A stretch of 64,000 nucleotides of DNA from Amoebophrya sp. A120 (taxonomy: Eukaryota; Protista; Dinoflagellata): the NCBI GenBank assembly GCA_905178155.1, contig CAJINV010000006.1, positions 4,470,339 to 4,534,338 of the forward strand, in the 5' to 3' direction. Below the pieces are notes generated by a model. That model was not told the origin of the DNA and ran no database searches. It saw only the letters and a list, made by a program, of their open reading frames with translations. The first letter of the stretch is position 1. Each line of letters opens with the position of its first letter. Shown here piece by piece: positions 24,704 to 35,700 of this stretch. The translations under genes and the position numbers were made by a program.

Positions 24704-26260
24704 TTGATTTTCCTCTATCAAGCTGCGCGTGGGACGCCTTTGGCGCAGTTCCTCCTGCTTCAGTCCGGCGTTATTTGCGGAAAAAATCTTGCTTCACTGC
24801 GGCGCACCAGTGCTCTCATCTTGGTCACCGGCTCAGGCGACGGCACCCACTTTGGTGGTGAGTCAATCGGCGACATAGAAGAATAGTACCCTCGAACAGG
24901 CGGCGAGGTGTCAAGTGCAAATATGTCTGGGTCTGGAAGACGCTCTCGCCTATGGACTCGACATTCAATCTGTATTGCATGTTGAACAGCAAAAAATGCT
25001 TAGTTTTTGGTACGTGGAGACGGAATTTCTCATGCGGGATGGGCATGATCTTCGGACACAGAAAGCCCTCACAGATTCTTCTGTGATGCTAGGGCATGGA
25101 GGTGCATCACAGACACAGACGTCAAGGGTCATGCGAAATGTGCATGACAGACGTTGCATTCATCTTCCGGACCAAGACTACATATTTGCACTGGATATGA
25201 AAAGGATTTATTTTTCCCCCCGGGCGGCGGCCGGCAGGGGCTGGCGCTGGAGAAGATAAAGGAGCTTTTGCGCAACGACCCGAGCGACTTCAGAGTACTA
25301 TCTTGGAAAAAAGTGCTTCCATATCATCATCTTTACCCGGAAAAAAATGAATTTGTGTTGCTGTTTTTATAAATTTTCTGCCACAAAAAAATGCTTGCTT
25401 GCAAAGGCGGGGGAAATTTTCTGTCATGCCGGATCGAGAATGTATATGTATATGTAATGCGGAAGAGGCATAGGAAGACAAAGACTCATCGTGCAAGGAA
25501 GTAAATTTGCCATGCTGAACAGCCTATACGGTGTGTCCTGCGACACACGAAACAGCATGACAAAGAAGGACAATTGTTTTTGAATAGGGTATGGGTGTTG
25601 TTGAACTATTTTTCTGCTTGATACAACCAGGAGCCACCTGCACCTGAGCCATGAGGACGAAAAGGAGCAGAGATATGGAGGCGTCAGGGCCGAAACCGAC
25701 AAAATCAAAATAGTTTGCCATGCACAAAATGCAAGGCATGATGAAGTGCCTGTCTTGCAGGGATGGCAAGTGAGGCCAATTGTGTGCCTGTTTGGGGTCC
25801 AAGACATAGACAGAGCTGCTAAAAAAGCATGACAAGAGCAGTGGTCTTGTGTGCCAAAACAGCATGACTAAGTGGGTTTAGGTGCTGCTGAAATTTGTCG
25901 ATTTTTTTATGCATCGCAAATCTATTTTCCAGCTTTGTCGCTTTCGGTCCTGGCGCTTTCATAAGAGGCACCGGCCAGGGCAGCTCCTGCACTGGCTCGG
26001 TGGGCCTTCATTTCTCCGGTTGGCTTTCATCCTGCGTGTCCGGTTATGCTGTGCAAAAGTATCGCACTAGAAGTAGAGTCACTGCATTACAAATTTTCTC
26101 AGCGTAAGAAATGGAATTTGTAAATCCTGTTTTAGCTGAGGAAGAAGATTTGTCATGCATATCTGCAATTAGTTGTACGAGTGCGATAATTTTGCACAGG
26201 ATACCGGTCTTTCGCAAATACTGGAGCTGGATGATGTATTTGAAGAGGCCGCGGTGCCAA
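24704..26260 (+). CDS. Probable exons of an unknown gene, or 5' part of the following gene
   Basis: Coding-like segments between introners (LALEKIKELLRNDPSDFRV; SCVSG-LSQILELDDVFEEAAVP); start and end not determined. Confidence 0.35.
24909..25197. mobile_element. Introner family A (starts TGT)
   Basis: Family-A TIRs, DR diverged. Confidence 0.8.
25299..25623. mobile_element. Degenerate introner
   Basis: TATCTTGGAAAAAA...TTGATA with internal motifs. Confidence 0.6.
25674..25932. mobile_element. Introner family H, 3' end decayed to pyrimidine tract + AG
   Basis: H left end; ends TTTTCCAG. Confidence 0.6.
26045..26203. mobile_element. Introner family B
   Basis: DR CCGGT/CCGGT. Confidence 0.93.
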
Positions 26261-26401
26261 TATGAGAGAAGTGCACAACAACTCCCCTGGAGTTGTCATG
26301 CCGAAGCCAAATTTCTGTTGCTGTTTCTGTTGCTGCTGATGCATATTGATACAAATGAGGGCGACCACGACGGGCGGGAGTCGAAGTTGTGCACTCTCAT
26401 A
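26261..26401. mobile_element. Introner family G (short)
   Basis: TATGAGAGAAGTGCACAAC...GTTGTGCACTCTCATA. Confidence 0.85.
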
Positions 26402-26404
26402 ACC

Positions 26405-26656
26405 TATCCATTGCAAATATGTCTGAATCTGGAAGAGTGGCAGTTTGTCATGCTTGTCTCTCATGACTCCTAACTCTGTGATGCAGGAGGAGAATGAGAG
26501 TCGCTTGCCTGTCATGCAAAAGCGCAGTTTGCCATGCAGAAGTCGCAACACATAGCAGCTCAAGAACTTGTCATGCTTGGCTGCGTATTGCAGTGTGCCC
26601 ACCAGTGCCAAGCCAGCATCACAAGTTTCCAGACCCAGACATATTTGCAGTGGATA
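26405..26656. mobile_element. Introner family A abutting the previous element
   Basis: Family-A TIRs; right flank CAACC matches left AACC. Confidence 0.88.
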
Positions 26657-26728
26657 CAACCGACCCGAAACCGGGTGTTTCGCGAACAAGCGGTGAAGAA
26701 AATCACGGGCCGAGAGGACCCTGCTTCG

Positions 26729-29700
26729 ATGCGAACGAAGCGCACAACTAGCACGTCAAAAACGAAGCAAGGGACGAGGATGCTGCTGCTGCACGTGTTC
26801 GCGACTGCGGCTATGAACTGCAAAAGTATCGCACTCGTATAAATCATGCATTACAAATTTCCTCAGCATGATGAGAAATAAAATTTGTACTGCGGATTTA
26901 CCTTAAGAAAATTGCAATAAGAGTGCGATACTTTTGCACAGGATAGCAGCAGCGCTGTTTTTCTTGTTCTACTACAGTCTTCCACATTTGAAATCCGCCT
27001 CGCCGCGGTACAACTACGAGCTCGTGGGCGAGGGCGGCCGCGACCGCAAGCCGCGCTCATCCGCAGCGCGGCGGGGTTGGCTCTTCGCCAAGGCAACTGA
27101 GGTTTCCACGACGGAAAAGACAACGTTGAACGAGAGGCAGGAGGTGCAGCAAGAGCAGGAGCAGGAGCAAAACAAAAAGAACATGAAAAGGAAAGAGGAA
27201 CAAAAGCGACGAGAGAAGAAAAGTACCAAGCAGAAGTGGCTCGGAGATCTTGTCAATAAAGTTTCCACGCTTAGCGATGATTATGACCTGCAAAAGTATC
27301 GTACTCGTATAAATGCAAACAAATTATTTTCTCAGCATGAGAATAAAAATTGTAATTTGCCTTGACAAAGAAATTTGTAAAGCAAGATCTGCATTTATAC
27401 GAGTACGATGCCTTTGCATAGCATATTGATCACAAAGACACGATCAGCTACGACGATCTTCAACAGCTGGACTGGACTTACGGAGATCAAGATGGCAAGG
27501 TGTCCCAAGCAGAGTGGCTACACGTGGGAGGGGACGTCCATTCTTGGAAATTGCTCAACCCCGGTGACGACGACGACAAAATCCAGGTCTACGGAAATCA
27601 CCCCTACACACCAGTGCACGTGGATGACCTAGCAGATGACTACGAATTGCACAAGAACGACGGTGATCGATGGACGACAGAGAGGGATAAACATTGGGAT
27701 CCGGACGACGATGAGGACTACAAGAAGCTCCACCTGCACAACGAAGATAAAAAGTTCCTGCACGAAGCGATGATAAACCACCACGAAAAAATAGCGAAAA
27801 CCCAGAAAGTCATGTCTTGGAATGAGCTGTATTTCATGTGCAAGGACTACGACAACGACCACAACAACCACGAGCTGTCTCCGGCGGAACTGAAGGCTTG
27901 CGCGCTGGGGAGGGAGGGCCTGCAGCTGCACGGCAATTCCCTTTACAAACTTCTGAATGGGTATGGAGAGAAAAAAGTTTATCACAGTTATTAAGTTGCA
28001 GGCTTTGCATTACAAATTTTTTTAGCATCACGACTTTCCTCTGTATTGCAGAAACACTAGAGAAATCCCTCATGAAGTGTGGCTGTGATGCATTTTTACG
28101 CATGACAGAAAGTTTTGTCTTGCGAAAATGCGCATGAGTGATCGTGACGAAACTTTTTTCTTTGATAATGGGGATCAGCATGATAGCCACAACCACTTGG
28201 TGCGGCTCGACGAAGATGCAATTAAAAATCATCCAGACAATATCAAATGTAAAAATGTCTGGGTCTGGAAGAATGCGCGATTTGTCATGCAGCTTTTCCA
28301 TGACCCATGAGGTCTGGAATGCAGGACCCAGCATGACAGATTCTGTGCGACCTTTCTCATACCTATCCTGCATGAGAAACTGCCTCCCGACTTGGTCAAA
28401 ACTTGACGACTTTTGGTAATCATGCCACACAGTTTTTTGGATGCTGCAGATTTAGCATGACAAGTTTAAAAAAAAAAAAAAATTAGCATGACAAGTTGCA
28501 TTCTTCCAGACCCAGACATTTTTACATTCGATAGACAACCATGATCACAACCACGCGATAACGCTCCAGGAGCTCGCGCACACTGATCACCGAGTACATC
28601 ACGAAGACCAACAAGCACACAACGATAGAAAAATGCTGAGCAAACTGATGCACGCCCACGGCAGCGACAACCAACTCACCTGGTTAGACATCGAAACCGC
28701 GTGTGGAAACCACTTGGGCCCAGACAACTGGCTGAGTGCGCACGAATTGAAGACGTGCGCCCATGACAAGTATGATATAGAGTTGCACACCGACAAACTG
28801 TTTCATCAACTGAACGGCTACAGCGGGAAGCATGAGATTACGCCGGACACGTTCAAACACCACCATTGGGCTTCTATGTTTGACAGCGATGACGGCGGCA
28901 GCTTCGACGGCGACAAACATACGACTGCGCTGAGCGCCGAAGAACTGAAACTGGAAAACAAACATAAGCACGTCGGAAAACTGATCGAGGGCGCCACGGA
29001 CTTCGACGACATCGAGAAGAAGTTCAAGGACTCCTCGAGTTCCCACCATGACCACCTTCCCCATGAGGATGACAAGAAAATGCTGTGGCTGCTGATGCAT
29101 GCCAGCGGAGAAGGCGACAAACTATCCTGGGGCGACTTCGAGAAGTTGTGCAGCCCGCATTTAACAGGAGGCGGCGGGCTGACCACGCACGAGCTAAAGG
29201 AGTGCGCGAAGGCGTTTGATCTGGATACAACGGACCACTTGTATATGGTCTTGACGGGCTTCCACCACCACACGCTTAACGAGGACACGTTCACGCACCA
29301 CGACTACCATTGGGCGGCCGGCCATGACAGTAAGTCTGTGACGCTCGAGGATTTGGGAAAGGAAGCCACCAGCCACGTCACGAAGACAGACGTCGACCAG
29401 TTCAAAGATTTGAAGAAGGGCACCTTGACAACGGGCGACGAGAAAATGCTCTACCATCTGATGCACCACGACAAGTTCGGCGATCAACTCTCCTGGAGTG
29501 AGATTAAGGCGGTGTGCGACGGTCATCTAGGCACAAATCACGACTCGCTGGGGTACCAGGGCTTGCACAATTGCGCGAGCAAGGTAGGTGGGTGGGAAAT
29601 ATCGAAGCACTTGTATCACCTCTTGAACGGGTATGGGAGTGCCCAACCCTCCCTCCCCCTCATTTGTGTTGCATGAACAGCAACGCAAGCGCTGGCAAAG

Positions 29701-32700
29701 ATGCAGCTTTTGCATGACAAATTCCCGGATGTTCTTCGGTAGAAATCGCACTGCCCAATAAATTCCGCTAGAGTTTACCGGCAGGAGCATAACAACAGCG
29801 AGCATAAGGACGTTAGATTTTCGATTGCTTTACATATACAAGACCGGTGCTTTTTGCATCGGCCCGCCGAAGCTTTGCGTGCGGGTTCAGCAGTCTTCTT
29901 TCTCGCGAAAAGGGTGAGTCTCCTGACCCTTCTGGTCGTCACCATTCCGCCGGTGTCTGTGCTCTCGGGCGCGTCACACACCTCAGGACCCCAGGCTACT
30001 GTTTGTCGAAATAATTTACATGGGGACGCTCTGCCCTTAGCCTTCCAACATGACAAATTCCTGGGTGATTTTGGCTTTCGGAATCTGTCATGCAAAGAGT
30101 GCTAACGGGCAGGACCAGGAGGTAGATTTGGGACGTTGCGTGACAAATGAGGGGAGGGGGGAGTTGTGCACTGTCATAACGGGTACCACGGGGACCACCC
30201 CATTGACAAGGATACCATCAAGGACTATCACTGGGCGCACGAAGAGGACAAGCATCCTGGATGGATGTCGACACACGAACTCGAAATGGAAACCAAAAAT
30301 CACCACCACACACCCACAGGACCAGCACCAGCACCAGCAGCACCATCAACCCCAGTAGCACCATCAACCCCAGCTGCACCAGCTGTATCAAGACGTGCGA
30401 ATGTGGCAGGGTCTTGACGGAAGGCGCAAGGCTTGTTATGCATGTGGCCACCAGCATGACTTGTTAGCTTCACATCTGCGGTCATGCACGTTATACATAG
30501 AAGTACTTAAGTACCCAAAAGCCGAAGCGGAGGCCCCACTTGCATTTGTCATGCAAAAATGCCGTTTCTCATGCTCATATTTATAGAAGAGAGAACGCTT
30601 GGGAATAAATCAAAAACTTGCGATGGTTAGCCGTTAATAAGTATATTGGGACGGCCGCTTGCGCGTGATGCATCTCCAACCAGTATGCAAGAAACAAAGA
30701 AAAACTGTGTAAGTGTAACTCTGTATTATGCAGCAGAACATGCAACAGAGTCACACCTGTCATGCAACACAACCATGAAATCCTCTTTCTACGTGCGTTT
30801 TCCCTTAGTACAAGCCGCGCATGACATGTTCTTTTCTTTGTCATGTAGAGCAAATTTGTGATGCTGTCAGCCGAAGAAAGTTACACTAACACAGTTTTTT
30901 TCTTCGATACCCAGCCTCACAAATTTAAAGGCCCGGGCGCATTTGCATTCGATAGCAAACACCGGCAGGAGGACCACAAGGAGCAGCAGCGGTGACAAAT
31001 GGTGCTGCAACAAGTGGTGCTGTAACTCCAAATGTTGCCCAGCCTAGCGAAAACGAGCTATGGAGACGAAAGGAGAGACTTATTTGTTTTCGATTGCTGC
31101 TAGTCTTGAGAAAAATAAAGAACCCAGCTTACTGGCATGTGGGTTATTTCCTTACACGAGACAGACCTTTTTGTGATGCAAAACGCCTACCAAAAATCAC
31201 TCCAGAGGACCGCATGGAGATGAGTGATTTCTGGTGTGCTTCCTACGAGGCAAACTACAGCGGGACACGGCAAAGAACCCGCGTTGCAGATGATGTCGGC
31301 TTTGCTTCGGGCTAGCAGCAGCCGGTAGTTACGTCACTCCCGTGTTCCCTCCTACAATCACAGTCAGGCAAGTCGTCCGGGACGATACTCGGTATCCCTA
31401 GAGACCTGGCGCTGGGCGGCACTCTCGCGGGGGTTACAGTCGGAGGCCTATCCCGCAGAAAAAGACAGGCAGGGCATATTTGCAGCGCCGAGATAAGAAA
31501 TATTAACATATATTATAAAAAAAACCTCTCTTGCTTGTCTTAAGCAGCATTTTTCGCTAGGGTCGCCCCTGACAGTTCCTTCTGCTATATTATATAATGT
31601 TCGCATTAATATACAAATATGCACTGCAGCCACATGCCTTTTTCTGTGGGATACGCCCTCGCCGCCGGTGCGGCCGGTTCGCGTCGTGCAGAACCTCGAC
31701 GGCGAGAACCATCTGATAGCTCAGATGATGTAGACCTCCCCCGCAACAAGAAGAAGTCACCATCGAAAAAGCAGGGCAGTGGGTCGAAGAGGAAGAGCGG
31801 TCGCGGAAAATCAAAGCAGTATCCTTCCTTTCTCCAGGTGGTAGAAGAGGACGAAAGTGGGCCTGTTGCTGCAACGGGGACCGCCGCCGCCTCCGGTCGG
31901 GACCATGAAAACACGCCGTCGTGGTCTGCGGGGGACGATGAACAAGGGAACTACCACTCCGTCGGGGGATCACGACCAGGAGAAGAGACAGAGCCTCGTC
32001 TCGGAGACCACACGGGGAACAGCGTCACAGACAATATCAAATGCAAAAATGTCTGGGTCTGGACGGTTGGAACTTGTCATGCTGGATTTGGATTCCACAA
32101 GAATAAATCTGCATTGCGTGAACAGCAAAAGAGGTCCAGTTTTTGCCACGGCGATAGGGCATTTCTCATGCAGTATAGGCATCAGGAAGCCCTCGCAAAA
32201 TCTGTGATGCTAGAGCATGCATCACAGACATCAGGAGTCATGCAAAATGTGCATGACAAACGCAAACCTTGCACTCTTCCAGACCCAGACATTTTTGCAT
32301 TTGATAGACAGCGACGCATCGCAGGAGGAGGTTGTGGAAGCACAAGAATCCACATCGCGGAGCAACTATGGGGCGGCTCTCAAACGTTACATTCTCAACT
32401 GTTACATGGTTTGTCATGCAGAATTTTTACCTTCAGAATCGAGATCGACGCCTCACCATCAAGCTGCTTCGCATGGCAAATTCTCAGAGGGGTAAACAGG
32501 TTGAGAATCATATGCGGCAAACCTGTATTGTGCAAAAATCGCAGTCTACTTCCCCCTTTCACTTTTGCCAGTCTTGCGTCGCAAACTCATGCAACAGCTG
32601 AGGGTGTGACGCTTGAGAACGCCATAGCAACGGGGCTTTGGTTGAGGAGGAGGACACCAGCAGGGAAGAACAATATCAAGTGCCAAAATGTCTGGGTCTG

Positions 32701-35700
32701 GAAGAAAACAGATTTTTTTCATGCTGTTTTTGCATGACCCAAAATGTCTGCCATGGAAGCCCTAGCGTCACAGATTTCGAGAAGCTTCCGCATTGCTTAA
32801 TCCGCATGACAAATCCCCCATTTTGGTGATAGGAAGTGGGCGCCTTTTGCTGCCTATGCATGAGAGATTTGTATGTGTTGTGAAATGCGCATCACAAGTT
32901 CGTTTCCTTCCAGACCCAGACATATTTGCGACGCACAAACAAAAGGTAAATGCAAAACTGCCGTCATCGCAGCAGATGCTGACTGCTCAGTCAACACTCC
33001 CGGCTGCAAGGCCGCACCTGCGCGGCGCGTATCCTGAGTAAAAACGTCCCCACACCAGGGTTCTCATGCAAATGTGCAATGACAGGAACATTTGTAATGC
33101 GCAGCTGCAAAAAAAGGAAATTCCAATCGTGCTTTGGAATCTGTAATGCTGTAAAAAGGATGCGAAAGTGGCTTTCTCATGCGGCTTCTCTTGCCAATCA
33201 GAACTACACTGCAGAGGGAAACTTGTCATGCGCAGCTCCGAATACTTGGAGGTTTGTGTTGCAAGATTCCCAACTTGACTATGGGGTAGGGACGTTTTTA
33301 CAAATGATAGCGCGGCAAAAAAAACGACCCCCCAGGTGGAAGATGATGTTCCGGCTGTTCAAAGTGCCAGCACACCATCAGCCGGCACTCGTGCTGATGC
33401 CGCAGATATTACAATGAAAAATGTCCCCTCCCCATATCAAAACGGAAATCTGTGATGCAGATTTGTGGTCGCAAATCAGCTCTGTGATGCTAGAAGGCAA
33501 AAGATGCGGACTGTAGCGCTGTCAAGGGTGGGAAAGCCTTGCAGCTCCAGGATGACAGGAGGCAACTGGAAGTGGGAAAGAGCATGACAGATTGCCTGCA
33601 ATTTAGGCCGCAGCTTCGTCTCTTGGTCTTCTAGCAATACAAGTCGATTTGTGTACTCAAATACAGCATCACAAATTCGCGCATCTTCCGTTTCCGATAT
33701 GGGGTGGGGGCTTTTTTCACTTTGATAGCAGAAGTTGTCGAGCCTCCCATCCGGACGTCGGTCTTCGCCCCTGGAAAACAACTACTGCAACACGACGACG
33801 CTGGTGCTGCGCAGGCGATCATGAGGGGGGACGGTGAAAAAATCAGCTTCGTTATCCTGTGTAAAAACGTCGTTCCCACCCCATAGTCAAGGTGGGGAAT
33901 CTGCTACACAAATCCACAAGTTTTGGCTGTCGAGCATGCCAAGTTCTGGCTCGTAGTGTAATCTATCCTGTTCATTAGGTAGTGCAAGAACTACCGCATG
34001 ACAATTCTTATCCTAATTCTAGCATGACAAATTCCCAGATAGCATTTAGAGAATGGCTCGCATGGGGCCGCGCATGAGACACATTTTAGGCTTGCGGATT
34101 TGCATGACAGCCATCGGGTGGGGACATTTTTACTCAGGATATTCGTTGTGCCCGCCACCAGCAGCACGACCTTGATGAAAACGACGATGCAAGATACATC
34201 CTCGTCTACTTCTCCCGCTCAGGAGGCTACAACCCACCACCCGTCTCTGCGGGGAAGCAAACCGAAGATGTATTACCGTGAAAAATTATGCCCCCACCCC
34301 CAAAGTTGCAAGAATTTGTGTATGCGACGTTTCCAAAAGAAAACTTTTTGTCATGCATGAAAGGAATATGAATCTTTGTGATGCAGAGTCTAGGCGTAAG
34401 TATATAGCATTGCTTGCATGACAAGCGCCGCTCCTGCTGGCGGGATCTGTTTCAATACAAATCTTCGCTATTCACGATTGGAAATCTGTGATGCTGCTAG
34501 ATGCAAGAAGGCGAGTGTTTCTGTTGGAAAGGTTTGCAATACAGATGCTCCCAAGTTCGGGGGTGGGGGCGTTTTTCATTGTGATAAGATGGGGAAGAAG
34601 TTTGCGGCACCGACCGGCGAGGCAGATGAAGAACCAGAGCTGAACTTTCCATCCACCCCAAGCGGCCAAAGTGCTGGCTCAGCGAAGATCTTGGTCGTGC
34701 CTTCGGAGCAGCCGACGACGCCCACCTCGTCCGACGACCATCTGAGCGTATGCATTCCAAAAATGTCTGGGTCATCTGGAAAAGTGGACCTTGTGTTGCA
34801 TGTCTTGCATAATTCCTGAAAAATCTGTACTGCACAGCCAACAAGATCAAGAAAGCGAAAGTCGCCGCCTTTTGATCATGCAGAAACGAAGTTTGTCATG
34901 CGTGCTACGCACCATGAGAATGCGAATGCGTCAAGTAAACTTGTTTTCATGCTTGCCTGCGCTTGTTCACGAGGGCGCCAGAATTATCCTTACTTATAGC
35001 ATCAAAAGTTCTTCCCAGACCCAGACATGTTTGCATTTGATAGAGTGCGACCAAAAGCCAAAACGTGGACGAAAATGCCCGGAAGTATCGTGAGAAAAAA
35101 CTATGGTCTCAGGCTCAAACCTTTGCAGTGGACTCAGCAATACAGATTTGCGAAGCAAGAAACAAAAAATCTGTGATGAGTTCGGACAGCAAGCAAGAGG
35201 AAACACAAAGAGGAAAGACGTCTTTCTTGGATCTCCAGCATGCCAAGAAACTGTCTCTGAAGGAACTCGCGCATTGCAGGTTGAGACTGAAGAGACAGTA
35301 GTTTTTTCTGACGATAGGAAGGAGCTGGCCGCTACTGGTGGTGCTGGGCCATCGCACACCCGACCGTCGGTTGCCGCGTACGGCGAAGAAGGCGATGCTG
35401 TCTTGGCATTGCAGGGCGTTGTATGGATTCCAAACTTCAATGTCTGGGTTCACTTCTGCTCGATAAAGCTAAAAGTTCTGCTAAGCCTTGTTGCATCTGC
35501 ATGAGAAAGCAGGAGTTGCTTTTTGTACGGTATAAACGCATCACAAGTTGTTCACGTGGTCTTAATGTTGCGAGTTCATTCGTATCTAGTATGACAAGCT
35601 GAGCTTCATCACAGCATGAGAAAATAAAACTGACTTCGCCGAATTCTTTTCATGCAATAGTACAGACCTGAGTGTACCCCTCACGCAGCCTCCGCATGAC

